A stretch of 34,682 nucleotides of DNA from Gemmatimonadota bacterium (lineage in GTDB: Bacteria; Latescibacterota; UBA2968; UBA8231), in contig JAYOYH010000003.1 in assembly GCA_038153405.1 (NCBI GenBank), positions 31,678-66,359 of the forward strand. The letters are read 5' to 3'. Position 1 is the first letter of the stretch. Each line of letters opens with the position of its first letter. A program made the translations under genes and the position numbers. The notes under the pieces were generated by a model. The model ran no database searches. It had not been told where the DNA came from and was given only the letters and a program-made list of their open reading frames with translations. Positions 8,379 through 18,602 of the stretch are shown one piece after another.

Positions 8379-9230
8379 TTAGTGCGATCCGACCGATTCG
8401 AGAAACGCCGCGCGCAACTGGCGCGTGACCGGCCCCGGACGACCATCGCCAACCGCCTCCCCGTCTACGTCGACAATACCGATGGCCTCCGTCGTCGTAC
8501 CGGCGAGAAACGCTTCGTCGGCGCCCTTAAACTGCGCCAGCGTAGAAAATTCCTCGCGGATGGGAATGGCCAATGAGCGCGCCAGTTCAAGCAGGATCTT
8601 ACGCGTAATACTCGGCAGGATGTGCGCACCCAAAGGAGCCGTGTACAGCGCTCCAGCGCGCACGCAAAAAGCGCTGGTAGAAGCGCCCTCGGTAACCAAG
8701 CCTTCCCTGTTGACTAGCAACGCCTCAAAAGCACCGCGCTCGTGCGCCTCTTGCTTGGCAAGGATATTGGCCAACAGCGAGATGCTCTTTACATCGCAGC
8801 GCTGCCAGCGCAGGTCCGCTGTGCTAATAACCGGAACTCCGTTTTCGTATAGAGCCTGCGGCAGCCGCTTGAGCGCCTTAAAGGTCAACACCACGGTCGG
8901 CGCGGGAGCCGGCGCGGGAAATTCGTGATGGCGCGGTGCCACACCGCGCGTAATTTGCACGTAGACCAACACCTCGGAAAGACCGCACTGCTGCACTCCG
9001 GACTCTATTGTTTTGCGCAGCCCATTGCTCGCGATATCGCAGGGTATGCGCAGCGCCGCCAGGCTAAATTGCAGGCGCTGTAAATGCTCTTCGATAGCGT
9101 AGAGTCGCCCGCCATAGGTGCCGATTACCTCGTAGACCCCATCGGCAAACTGAAAACCGCGGTCTTCAATGGAAATGACTGCTTGTTCGAGCGGCATAAA
9201 ATGGCCGTTTACACAGGCCAGTTCAGGCAT
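8379..9230 (-). CDS. dat: class IV PLP aminotransferase, D-amino acid transaminase-like
   Basis: IEDRGFQFADGVYE, YVQITRG, PLP lysine in DVKSISLL, EGASTS, ILPSITR, DEAFLAGTT, GRPGPVT; ATG 9230 overlaps the upstream stop. Confidence 0.88.
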   Translation of the reverse strand: MPELACVNGHFMPLEQAVISIEDRGFQFADGVYEVIGTYGGRLYAIEEHLQRLQFSLAALRIPCDIASNGLRKTIESGVQQCGLSEVLVYVQITRGVAPRHHEFPAPAPAPTVVLTFKALKRLPQALYENGVPVISTADLRWQRCDVKSISLLANILAKQEAHERGAFEALLVNREGLVTEGASTSAFCVRAGALYTAPLGAHILPSITRKILLELARSLAIPIREEFSTLAQFKGADEAFLAGTTTEAIGIVDVDGEAVGDGRPGPVTRQLRAAFLESVGSH

Positions 9231-9999
9231 GCTGGCCCTCCCCTCCCAGCGCCAGCCAAAGGGCCTTGTAGTAACGCATGAGGCGCTGCGGATCCTCACT
9301 GGCAGGTATTTCGGCCAAGCAATATCCCTCGTAGCCACGCTCCCGCAACAATTGGAACAGGCGCGTCCAGGGATATTCGTTCCACAGTTCCGTTATGTGG
9401 ACCATGCCGATACGCGCACCCAAGAGGGCAAAGCTGCCATCGATTGATCCATCGACGATATCGGTCATATTCGAGTTCCAACACACGCGCGCGTTGGCAT
9501 GGGGTGCGCGTTCCATAATCGCCTGCATATGGGCCGGCTCACAGGTTACTCGACCGTGCACTTCCAAGCGAATCTCCACGCCCCAGTCCGCGGCAAATTC
9601 GGCGCATTCATTTAAGCTGCGACCAATTTGTTCAAAGGTGGCAGACCGCTCAATACCGGCATCGTCGTGCACTCGATTTGGCCGAACCTTTATGCCAGCA
9701 ATGCCTAGATCATGGGCTAAGCGCACGTATGCTTTCGTGCCCTCAATGTTATTTCGCAGTTGCTCTGGGTCGGGCGAATCGTATTCGTATACGCTCCCTA
9801 AGCCAACGATTTCGATGGGCGAGTCCTCCAGGCGCTGGCGCAGTTGTTCGCGCTCAGCTGGTGACAGGGAAAGCTCCACACCGTGAGCGTGTGTCGTGCG
9901 CAACTCAACTCCTTCAAAACCCGTTTGCACACAGCGGTCTTCGAGCGTTTGTAGATCCCACGCGCTTGCCAAATTATACGTAACCAATCCCAATTTCAA
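9223..9999 (-). CDS. sugar phosphate isomerase/epimerase (xylose-isomerase-like TIM barrel) family protein
   Basis: GFEGVEL, RLEVH, VHI, GYEGYCLAE motifs; TTG start overlaps the amidohydrolase stop. Confidence 0.85.
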   Translation of the reverse strand: MKLGLVTYNLASAWDLQTLEDRCVQTGFEGVELRTTHAHGVELSLSPAEREQLRQRLEDSPIEIVGLGSVYEYDSPDPEQLRNNIEGTKAYVRLAHDLGIAGIKVRPNRVHDDAGIERSATFEQIGRSLNECAEFAADWGVEIRLEVHGRVTCEPAHMQAIMERAPHANARVCWNSNMTDIVDGSIDGSFALLGARIGMVHITELWNEYPWTRLFQLLRERGYEGYCLAEIPASEDPQRLMRYYKALWLALGGEGQHA

Positions 10000-11333
10000 A
10001 TCGCACCGGCCTGTGGTTCATAGCGTTCACTGCGAAAAATGCCGCGCTGCAAAGTGAGATATTCCTCCTTAGTGAGGGCAGGCTTCTCTGCGGCTAGCAC
10101 CTGCTGCGCTCGCCCGTCGACCAGCAGATCGACTACCATCATTGCCAGGGTTTTAGCCGGTGCCAAATAGCCAGCGTCGAGGTCGGCTATGCGCCACTCC
10201 GAGCTGTGTATAGCGCCGAGGGCGCCCGTCATGACGGGGTGGAGAACCGGCATTATCTGGCTCAAGTCCCCCGCATCGGTCGAACCGCCTCCGTGCGGAT
10301 AGTCGCGGTACTGATCCGCGCCGAAAACCCGCCCGGCATTATCCTTGAACATATCGCGGAGTTGCGGACTGTTGCGCAACGGCAAGTAGCCGGGAACGGT
10401 CTCGATAGCCACGCTACACCCCATGGCCATCGCCGCCCCTTTAAGGGCGCGATCGACTTTGGCCTCGGCATCGAGCATGGCCTCCTGCGTGCGTGCGCGC
10501 ACATAGGTTTCCATGCGCACTTCGGAGGGGATGATATTGACCAAATCGCCCCCCTTTGTAATGATCGGGTGAACGCGCACGCAGTCTTGATCGCGAAACG
10601 TCTCGCGCTGGGCGTTGATCGCGCTGAGCGCTAGCTGTGCTGCGCTAAGGGCGTTAATTCCCTTTTCAGGGGCACCGCCTGCATGAGCCGCCCGCCCGCG
10701 AAAAGAAATGCTCTTGGCGAGAAAACCGTTGCTCGAGGCGGCTACTCCCATGGAGCCCTCGGCGTGGTCTGGACTGCTGCTGTGTATCATAATCGCCATG
10801 TCGACATCGTCAAAATACCCCAAGTGCACCAGTTCGGGCTTGCCGGCCAAAAAGGTCGTCTTGCCATCGCGCACGAGATCCATTCGATATTCGATTTCGA
10901 CGTATTCTTCGGCGGGCACGGCAAAGAACACGACATCGCCTCCCAGCGCCTCGGCCACGCCCGATTCGACCAGGCCGTAGGCGGCCCCCAGCAAGCCGGC
11001 TATTTGCGCGTTATGGCCGCAGGCGTGGGCCGCACCGGTCTGGCGATTGGCGCGCGGATGGTCCGGCACGATGAGCGCGTCCAATTCCCCCATGAGAGCT
11101 ACAGTCGGCCCCTCGCGCCCTCCACTCAGCCGCGCTTTGACCCCCGTCAGCGCCAGTTCTTTCTGATGGGGCAGCCCTAGGCGGCTAAACACCTCGCATA
11201 CCCGATCCGCGGTCTGCCATTCCTTAAAACCGAGTTCGGGATGGTCCATAATCCCCTCGCCGGCACCGACAATTTCTGCTCGGCGGCGCTCAATGGCCCG
11301 ACAAACAGCCTCTTTCATCGCGTTCTTATTCAT
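9996..11333 (-). CDS. M20 family amidohydrolase
   Basis: HPELGFKE, ELDAL, HACGH, PAEE, GRAAHAG, GGSTDAGD, IHS. Confidence 0.93.
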   Translation of the reverse strand: MNKNAMKEAVCRAIERRRAEIVGAGEGIMDHPELGFKEWQTADRVCEVFSRLGLPHQKELALTGVKARLSGGREGPTVALMGELDALIVPDHPRANRQTGAAHACGHNAQIAGLLGAAYGLVESGVAEALGGDVVFFAVPAEEYVEIEYRMDLVRDGKTTFLAGKPELVHLGYFDDVDMAIMIHSSSPDHAEGSMGVAASSNGFLAKSISFRGRAAHAGGAPEKGINALSAAQLALSAINAQRETFRDQDCVRVHPIITKGGDLVNIIPSEVRMETYVRARTQEAMLDAEAKVDRALKGAAMAMGCSVAIETVPGYLPLRNSPQLRDMFKDNAGRVFGADQYRDYPHGGGSTDAGDLSQIMPVLHPVMTGALGAIHSSEWRIADLDAGYLAPAKTLAMMVVDLLVDGRAQQVLAAEKPALTKEEYLTLQRGIFRSERYEPQAGAI

Positions 11334-11454
11334 GCTCTCTCCAATGCGTTGTGCAACCGGCCATCCGCCCCTTGCGACGGCTTCTTCTGCCCTTTACCTT
11401 GGTTTGGACGGTCACCCCAAGGCGGTATCTATTACCCGACGAGCTGCGTTCCCC

Positions 11455-11820
11455 TTGTTTACTATTCTCCTACTCGATTCCAACGCCTCTTTCAGCACCA
11501 CCTTTGCCAATTTGCTCCGCACTAGTGGCTATGCCGTAGAAACCGTACAGAACCTCGGCGACGCCATCAATAGCTATCGCGCCGGAGCATTTGACCTCGT
11601 GGTGCTCGGGTTCGACGAGGAGACGGGCATAGACGAGGCGCTGCGGCCCTTCGCCCAGGCCAAGGCGATTTTGCTCCTAGCCAATCGAACGCAGGGCAAC
11701 AGCCGGTCTTCCCTGCGCCTGAACGGCAGGGACACCCCGGCCTTTTACAAGCCGTTCCGCACCGAAGAAGTCCTAGCGGCCATCTACGCCACCCTCGTCT
11801 CGCCACCCACCCCCGACTGA
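11455..11820 (+). CDS. stand-alone atypical receiver-domain protein
   Basis: CheY-like pattern TILLLDSN...LLRTSGYAV...FDLVVLG...ILLLA...YKPF; TTG start at 11455 is inferred (ORF track starts at 11293). Confidence 0.65.
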   Translation: MFTILLLDSNASFSTTFANLLRTSGYAVETVQNLGDAINSYRAGAFDLVVLGFDEETGIDEALRPFAQAKAILLLANRTQGNSRSSLRLNGRDTPAFYKPFRTEEVLAAIYATLVSPPTPD

Positions 11821-11831
11821 CCAGCAAAAAA

Positions 11832-12809
11832 CTACCCGTGCGGCAGCACGCCCAGATCTTCACCCCGTTGGTAGCGCAGAGCATCGGATATCATTTGCAC
11901 CATATCGAAGCGTGGGTCAAAGCCGATTTCGCGCTGCGCCTTGCCCAAATCGAATTCATAATGGGTAGGCACCCCCTGTACGGATGCTTCCAGCACCGGT
12001 AAGTTTAGCAACTCGGCCAAGCGATAGACCGCTTCGTCCCAGGTAAAAGCGCGCGGACCAGCCAGCTGGTATACAGCTCCCAGTGCGCGCTCCTTGCCCA
12101 GCGCACAGAGGCAGCCATGCACGATATCGCGCACGTCGGCGATGTGTTTTTTAAACGGCCTTCCCCTGCTATCCTTAAGCACCACAAGCTGCTCTTCGCC
12201 TTGCCACAGAGCCGCCAATTCACCGTAGGTATCTTTGGTTTGACTGAGAAAGAATTGGGGAAAGGAGAGGATTTCGTCGGCCGCCCGCACCATGGCAAAA
12301 CGCAGCACCGTAACGGGCACGGCGTAGCTGCGGGCGTAGCCCAAGCACAGCTCCTCGCCAAGGGCCTTACTCAATGCATAGGCTCCGCGCGGCAGGCGGG
12401 GGCAGTCTTCGGTAATCGGCCGCTCCATACCGCCCGGAACGTATTTGTCATATAGGGCATCCGAGCTGGCAAATAGCAGCTGGCGCAGCCCACTTGCACT
12501 GCGCGCCGCCTCCAATACGTTGAAAGTGCCCCGCGCATTGATCTCGAAATACTCCTCGTCGGTGAAAGGTCCTCCACCCTGAAAAGCAGCGCCTAAGTGG
12601 TAAATAACTTCGACCCCCTCGACGGCACGTGCCAGATCCGCAGGCTTCGTAATACTGCCGTCTTCCAATTCGACGCCCATCTTCTTTAAATTTTCCACGC
12701 GGGGATCGCGCGACCACACCAAACCGCGAACCCGATGTCCGTCCCCGAGCAGCTTCGCGGCTAAATTGGCGCCAATGCGCCCGGTTATGCCCGTTACCAG
12801 TATGTGCAC
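11832..12809 (-). CDS. NAD-dependent epimerase/dehydratase (extended SDR)
   Basis: TGITGRIG Rossmann motif, INARGT, FASS, catalytic YALSK; AAGGA RBS with GTG start. Confidence 0.92.
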   Translation of the reverse strand: MHILVTGITGRIGANLAAKLLGDGHRVRGLVWSRDPRVENLKKMGVELEDGSITKPADLARAVEGVEVIYHLGAAFQGGGPFTDEEYFEINARGTFNVLEAARSASGLRQLLFASSDALYDKYVPGGMERPITEDCPRLPRGAYALSKALGEELCLGYARSYAVPVTVLRFAMVRAADEILSFPQFFLSQTKDTYGELAALWQGEEQLVVLKDSRGRPFKKHIADVRDIVHGCLCALGKERALGAVYQLAGPRAFTWDEAVYRLAELLNLPVLEASVQGVPTHYEFDLGKAQREIGFDPRFDMVQMISDALRYQRGEDLGVLPHG

Positions 12810-12891
12810 GCTATTCCTTTCTCTGTCCTATTGCCCCATCCAACAGGCTGCTCTATACTCTGCGTCGTAACGATACAACGGAGCCTAGGCC

Positions 12892-13734
12892 ATGGACAAG
12901 GGGTGTCTTGAATTTCAGCTAACCAACGACGAGCGTACACACTTTGATGAATGCGGTTTTCTCCTCGTCAAAAACGCTTTACAAGAGCCCCAATTGGCCC
13001 TACTCGAAGCGGCGACAGACCGCATTTGGACCGAGGAGCAAACCAACGGTCTCGGCGCGGATAAAAATTTATTTTCCCCCAATTTCATCGGCCGCGACCA
13101 AGCCTTTATCGACCTTATCGATCACCCCCGCACCTTTCCCAAAGTGTGGGGCCTGCTCAACAGCTGGAATATCTACCTCTACCATTCCCACCTTGGCGTA
13201 ACGCCACAGGAGGCAAACCCCGATACTCCTCTTCCGAGTTCGCTGGGTTTCCACCAGGACAGCGGCCGAGTCAATGTCGAACTCGAAGGCAACCCGCGTC
13301 CGCGGCTCTCGCTCAAAGTCGCGTTCTGGCTCAGCGACGTTTCTCAGACCGGGCGCGGCAATTTCTATATCGTACCGGGCTCGCATCTGGACAATGCCTT
13401 ACACTGTCCAGAGAACGCGCTGCCCGAAGGGGCCATTCCGGTCTGTGCCGAGCGCGGCGATGCGGTGTTTTTTGACCGCCGCCTTTGGCACGCGCGCAGC
13501 CCCAACCACTCGCCCATCGTGCGCAAGGCGCTCTTTTACGGCTACGGCTATCGCTGGCTGCGCACTAAGGACGATATGACAATTTCGCCCGAACTGCTCG
13601 CCCAATGTGATCCCGTGCGCAGGCAACTATTGGGCGCAGGCACCAACTGCAACGGATTTTTCTCCCCCAAGGACGACGACGTGCCTTTTAAGCTGTGGTT
13701 GGAACAACACGCTGAAAATGCCCTGGCCCTCTAG
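12892..13734 (+). CDS. phytanoyl-CoA dioxygenase (PhyH) family Fe(II)/2-oxoglutarate dioxygenase
   Basis: FHQD, VPGSH, GDAVFFD, WHA...N..R motifs; GGAG RBS. Confidence 0.92.
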   Translation: MDKGCLEFQLTNDERTHFDECGFLLVKNALQEPQLALLEAATDRIWTEEQTNGLGADKNLFSPNFIGRDQAFIDLIDHPRTFPKVWGLLNSWNIYLYHSHLGVTPQEANPDTPLPSSLGFHQDSGRVNVELEGNPRPRLSLKVAFWLSDVSQTGRGNFYIVPGSHLDNALHCPENALPEGAIPVCAERGDAVFFDRRLWHARSPNHSPIVRKALFYGYGYRWLRTKDDMTISPELLAQCDPVRRQLLGAGTNCNGFFSPKDDDVPFKLWLEQHAENALAL

Positions 13735-13737
13735 CGA

Positions 13738-15246
13738 TCAGGCGCCGGCGATCCGCGGCATCGGCAGCGGCTCCTTGCCCATCTCAGCAAAGAGCAAGCG
13801 CTGGATGAGTTCGGCCTTTAACCGTTGATGGGGGGGACTGCTCCACAAGTTATGCACCTCGCCGGGATCTTCCTGCAAATCGAATAACTCGCCGTATTCC
13901 CGCCGGTAGTACACAGTGAGCTTGTAGCGCTCCTCGACTAGGGTCTTTATGTGAATGGTCGTCGGCTCGTGGCGATTTTCAACTACGATGTGGTCGCGCA
14001 CCCGCTCGCACTCTCCGCGCCACACTGGCCCCTGGTCTACGCCCACCATCGTGCGCGGCACCTCAATGTCGACCCAGCGCAAAAATGTAGTCGGCAGGTC
14101 GACAAGGGACTGTAGCGCATCGCTGCGCTGCCCGGCGGGAATCGCTCCAGGACAGCGCGCGATAAAGGGCAACCGCACCAAGTCTTCGTAGTGGAATCCA
14201 CCCTTGGCAATCATGCCGTGCTGACCATAGAGGTGGCCATGGTCGGTAGTAAAGACCACCAGCGTATCCTCAGCCAGTCCCAGCGCATCCAATTTATCGA
14301 CGATCTGGCCGATGTATTTGTCCATCATGCTCACCATGCCGTAGTAAACGGCAATATGTTGAGCCATGGCGTCGCGGTCGTGGAGATGCGACTGATATCC
14401 GTGTATGCCAAAACCCGATTCGCGCCACGCCGAGAAGTCTGGATTCTCCTGCTGAGTACGCTGAAAGTGAGGCGGATTGGCGTCGTGTTCCCCCGGCACG
14501 ACTTGGGGCACGGTGATCGAGTTCGGATCGTAAAGCGCATCCCAAGGCTGGGGGACTAAATAGGGCGGGTGTGGATCAAAAAAGCTCGACCAGAGAAAGA
14601 AGTTTTCCCCATTTTCCGCATATCCATCCAACAGCGCGCAGCTCTCTTCGGCTATCCAGGTGTTGTAGTGAAATTCCTCCGGTATGAGCCAGCGATGTTT
14701 CTGTGTAGTATTCGTCCCGGTCGGCGGTCTGAAATAGTCGCGCCAGTTGCGCAAACCCCGTTCTTCCATCCACAGGGCATAGTGCTGTCCCACATGCGCT
14801 TCATCAGCGTGGTTGCGGGCCAGTCGCACCGTATCAAAGCCGTAGAAAGGACCGTTAAAATCGCGCCAAAATTCGAGGTCTTGCAGGATCGGGTACGATT
14901 CGAGCGAGGGGTATTCGTCCGTGCCTTTTAGGGGCTGAAAGTGGGCCTTGCCGACCAGGGAAGTGCGGTATCCTGCCCGCGTAAAATCCTCGCCAACGGT
15001 ATGCTTTTCTTCGGAGAGTTTCGTTCCCAGCGACCAGGCCCCGTGCTGGCTGGGATATTGCCCAGTAATTATCGAAGCCCGCGTTGGCGTGCAGGTTGGA
15101 TTGGGACAGTAGGCGCGCGTAAAGAGCATGCCTTCTGTAGCTAAGCGATCTAATTGGGGCGTGCTGATCTCTCCATTTAGGCAGCCGAGCGTATTCCAAT
15201 GCTGCTGATCGCTGGTAATGAGCAACACATTCTTGCCGTTGGCCAT
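13738..15246 (-). CDS. Cys-type (formylglycine) sulfatase
   Basis: LITSDQ, CTPTRASIITG (CxPxR), GKAH, DPHPP, TDHG, FDLQEDPGE; no signal peptide seen. Confidence 0.96.
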   Translation of the reverse strand: MANGKNVLLITSDQQHWNTLGCLNGEISTPQLDRLATEGMLFTRAYCPNPTCTPTRASIITGQYPSQHGAWSLGTKLSEEKHTVGEDFTRAGYRTSLVGKAHFQPLKGTDEYPSLESYPILQDLEFWRDFNGPFYGFDTVRLARNHADEAHVGQHYALWMEERGLRNWRDYFRPPTGTNTTQKHRWLIPEEFHYNTWIAEESCALLDGYAENGENFFLWSSFFDPHPPYLVPQPWDALYDPNSITVPQVVPGEHDANPPHFQRTQQENPDFSAWRESGFGIHGYQSHLHDRDAMAQHIAVYYGMVSMMDKYIGQIVDKLDALGLAEDTLVVFTTDHGHLYGQHGMIAKGGFHYEDLVRLPFIARCPGAIPAGQRSDALQSLVDLPTTFLRWVDIEVPRTMVGVDQGPVWRGECERVRDHIVVENRHEPTTIHIKTLVEERYKLTVYYRREYGELFDLQEDPGEVHNLWSSPPHQRLKAELIQRLLFAEMGKEPLPMPRIAGA

Positions 15247-15290
15247 GATGTATTCTCCAGAAATTCAACCTGAGAGCCCGAAGGACCCGA

Positions 15291-16025
15291 TTAGGGAGCA
15301 ATCAGCGCAATGCCCCCCATCGCGCATAGAAGGCCCAGTGCAATGGAGCGAAAAAGCGCCTGATCGACCCGCGACCGCCACTTCATGCCCAGGGCAAAGC
15401 CCAGTAGAACGCCCGGCATAACGGCACCGCCGCGGATAAAGACCTCTCCTCCGGCCAGGCCGAATCCCCCCAGCACAAAGAGCGCCAATAAATGCACGAT
15501 GGCAAAGTAGCCAATGAGCGTGGCGCGCAGCGCGCGGTGATCCCACTGCTGTTTGATGCCGAAGAGAATGACGGGCGGTCCGGACATACCCGACGCGCTG
15601 GCCAGCACACCACTCAGCAATCCCGCCGCCAGCGCTCCGGGCCATTCGCGGCGCCACGGTTGGGTTGGACGCAACCAGAGCAGAATGGCCCCCAACAGCG
15701 TTATGGCGCCAATGAGCGAGCGCATCGTGTCTTCAGGCATACGCGACAGCACGTAGCCTCCCACCAGCATACCCGGCAGAGCGCCCAGCGCCCAGCGGAC
15801 AATCTTCTTTCCCTGCATTTCGCTAAAAGCTTCAACCGTAAGCAGGGCGAGCAGAACGATTGAGCTAAAGAGGACCAAGGGCACAGCGATACGCGGGGGC
15901 ATGACCCATATTAGCAGCGGCGTGGCCAACAGAGCATAGCCAAATCCAGTCAGCGTGCCGATCAACGCCGCCGCTCCCATAACGCAATTGGCGAATGCAA
16001 TCGCCGCCCCGTCAAAACCGTCCAC
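15291..16025 (-). CDS. sulfite exporter TauE/SafE family membrane protein
   Basis: About 8 TM helices, LTGFGYAL and SGMSGPP motifs; co-oriented just upstream of the sulfatase. Confidence 0.88.
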   Translation of the reverse strand: MDGFDGAAIAFANCVMGAAALIGTLTGFGYALLATPLLIWVMPPRIAVPLVLFSSIVLLALLTVEAFSEMQGKKIVRWALGALPGMLVGGYVLSRMPEDTMRSLIGAITLLGAILLWLRPTQPWRREWPGALAAGLLSGVLASASGMSGPPVILFGIKQQWDHRALRATLIGYFAIVHLLALFVLGGFGLAGGEVFIRGGAVMPGVLLGFALGMKWRSRVDQALFRSIALGLLCAMGGIALIAP

Positions 16026-16176
16026 GTACCTTTACCCCGTTTTCTCCCTGCGCCGTACTGCGCGAAGTATAGCGTTAGACCGCTCTCTTTTCAAGCGCGG
16101 TCCCCTTCCGTTGCCCACCGACAACCTTCTGGCTATGTTTGCCAAGCATCCATCCCCCTATCCAGTGAGTTAATCC

Positions 16177-17172
16177 ATGTCGCGCACTAAACTAGCCCTT
16201 ATCGGCTGCGGCGGAATGGGCCAAAGCCACTTGCGCCGTTTTCATATTCTGGCCGAACGCCTGCACCTGCGGGCCGCCGTGGACATAGAGCGCGACACGG
16301 CCGCACAGGTCGCATCCCATTTCCCCGAATGCCTTTCCGGCACCGACTATCGGGATGTGCTCGACGAGGTCGACGCGGTTCTCATCGCCCTACCCCATCA
16401 CCTACACCACCCCGTGGCCCTCGAATGCCTGCGCGCCGGAAAGCACGTCCTCTTAGAAAAACCCATGGCCAACAGCGAGGCCGAATGCCTGCAGCTAATT
16501 GAGGAAGCTCAACGCAATGGCCTCGTGCTGATGATCGCCTACTGCATGCGCTTTCACCCTCTTGTAACGGGACTAAGAGAAGCGCTCGACAAAAAGCTGG
16601 CAGGCGACCTTTTCCAGCTTTCGATTTGGACTGAGCAGCTGACCCAGCGCCCCGCCGACTCGTGGATGTGCCGCGCTGAAACGCTGGGGGGCGGACAGCT
16701 ATTTAGCCACGGCTGTCACTACATCGACCTGCTCCTGTGGTTCCTTGGCCAGCCCCTGCGCGGTATCCATTTGGGAACCAACCGAGGCACGCCCTGGATG
16801 GAGCGCGAAGGGACCAGCAATGTGTGCATAGAATTTGAGGCTGGCCGCCTAGGGTACCACTTCGGCACGTGGGGCGCGCGCGGTTCACGCCTACGCTATG
16901 CCTTCCACGCCCACTGTGACGAGGGCCTATTAGAAGCCGATATAACCGGCAAACAGCTCCTACTGCACCAAGGAGACCAGACCTCGGTGCTCCTAGAACT
17001 GGCCGACTCGGGCAAGCACACAGAGAGCGAAATGGCCCATTTCCTCGACTGTATTGAAAACGGTCACCCTCCCCTGACCGACGGATCCAGTGCCCTGCGC
17101 AGCCTGCGCGCAATCTGGCATCTCTATGCCGCAGAAAACGGTTCGCAGTGGGCCGATCTGCGCGCCGTATAA
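16177..17172 (+). CDS. Gfo/Idh/MocA family oxidoreductase
   Basis: IGCGGMG, PHHLH, GKHVLLEKPMA, GGG..FSHGCHYID. Confidence 0.94.
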   Translation: MSRTKLALIGCGGMGQSHLRRFHILAERLHLRAAVDIERDTAAQVASHFPECLSGTDYRDVLDEVDAVLIALPHHLHHPVALECLRAGKHVLLEKPMANSEAECLQLIEEAQRNGLVLMIAYCMRFHPLVTGLREALDKKLAGDLFQLSIWTEQLTQRPADSWMCRAETLGGGQLFSHGCHYIDLLLWFLGQPLRGIHLGTNRGTPWMEREGTSNVCIEFEAGRLGYHFGTWGARGSRLRYAFHAHCDEGLLEADITGKQLLLHQGDQTSVLLELADSGKHTESEMAHFLDCIENGHPPLTDGSSALRSLRAIWHLYAAENGSQWADLRAV

Positions 17173-17323
17173 TCGGCTCTGATACCCAACCGGTGTATTG
17201 GGGAAAGCGACGCGCAGAAATAAACGGCGTGCGACTGGTCAAAAAAGAGGGCGGTACGTATCTTGAGACACATTCTTTACAACGCGCCCAAACTGAGCGC
17301 CTCGCACCAGCACGAATAGAGCC

Positions 17324-18601
17324 ATGTCTTCCTCCCAGCTGCGCATTCTCGTTCCCATTCAAACGCCCGCCACGGATGGCCCCCTCGTAGAGTTAGCCGC
17401 TGCGTTGGCCGCTGCGCCCTGGGGAGAGCTGCACCTGACGCACGTCGTCGACCCATCCGCGCCCGCTGATAACCAGGACCAACACAGGCTGCACCAAATG
17501 GCCTGCCAAACGCAGAAACTCGGGGTGGGGACGCTGGTTCATATTGAACACGGCGACGACGTGACCCAAGAGATGCGCAGCGCCATCGAGCGCTGGTCGT
17601 GCAATATGATGGTCATGGGCTGGAAAGCCGATATTGAGCGCACCGCCATTCTGTCGGCGGCCAACCGCGCCCTGACCAAAGACGTCGACATTGATACCCT
17701 AATTTTCAAAGACCGCGACTTCGTCCAGCCCAAGCGCATTCTCGTCCCCACCGGCGGTGGTCCCCATTCGCTGTTGGGCATTCAAATTGCCCATGATCTG
17801 GCCCAGCGCTGGGGTGCCCAGTTGGAGATCCTGCGCATAGCGCGCGACAACCGCTGCGATCCAAACGACCCGCTGCTGCATCGCTACTGTCTGCAGTTGA
17901 CTCAAGATACCCAGCTGCAGCTGCAGCTGCTCAATATCGACGTGCCGCTGTCCGTCGTTGCCGCCAAAGATGTGGTCAACGCCATTCTCGAGCGCACCGA
18001 AGATCAGGACCTCGTCGTCGTCGGCGCCTCGAACGACTGGCGCCAAGAAGAATACTTGAGCGGCTCCATCCCCGATAAGATTGCCAACCGCGTATCCTGC
18101 TCGGCGCTCATGGTGCGCTCGGCCGAGGGGAACGACCTGCGCCTGAGCCATATCTTTTGGGAGCAGATGATCCGTTTAGAAATGCACCCACGGGACAAAT
18201 GGGAAGCCATCGCCCAGATGATCGAAATCCTCATCGAAGAGGAGCAATTTCCTTCGACCGAGCGCCAACGCGTGCTGGAAGCAGCCCTCCACCGCGAGCG
18301 CCAAAGCTCTACGGCTCTCGGCCACAACACGGCCATACCGCACGCGCCCATGCCCGACCTACCGGGCGTAATTGGCTGCTTGGGCATCTGTCCAGAGGGT
18401 CTGGAATTCGATAGCAAAACGGGCGAGCGCGTGCACTTCATATTCTTGCTATTAACGCCCCAGCAAAACTACCGGAGCTACATACCCATTCTCGCGCAGA
18501 TTGCCTCGCTCGTGCGCGATGGGGCAATGCGTCAGGCCCTGCTCAGCTCGCAGACGCCCTCCGAAGTAACGGCACACCTTAAAAAACTAGAAACCCCCTG
18601 A
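17324..18601 (+). CDS. tandem universal-stress-protein domains fused to a PTS EIIA (Ntr/Fru type) domain
   Basis: RILVPI...MMVMGW (USP1); RILVPTGGGPHS...DLVVVGAS...GSIPDKIA (USP2); RERQSSTALGHNTAIPHA...VHFIFLLL (EIIA with His in IPH). Confidence 0.85.
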   Translation: MSSSQLRILVPIQTPATDGPLVELAAALAAAPWGELHLTHVVDPSAPADNQDQHRLHQMACQTQKLGVGTLVHIEHGDDVTQEMRSAIERWSCNMMVMGWKADIERTAILSAANRALTKDVDIDTLIFKDRDFVQPKRILVPTGGGPHSLLGIQIAHDLAQRWGAQLEILRIARDNRCDPNDPLLHRYCLQLTQDTQLQLQLLNIDVPLSVVAAKDVVNAILERTEDQDLVVVGASNDWRQEEYLSGSIPDKIANRVSCSALMVRSAEGNDLRLSHIFWEQMIRLEMHPRDKWEAIAQMIEILIEEEQFPSTERQRVLEAALHRERQSSTALGHNTAIPHAPMPDLPGVIGCLGICPEGLEFDSKTGERVHFIFLLLTPQQNYRSYIPILAQIASLVRDGAMRQALLSSQTPSEVTAHLKKLETP

Positions 18602-18602
18602 G

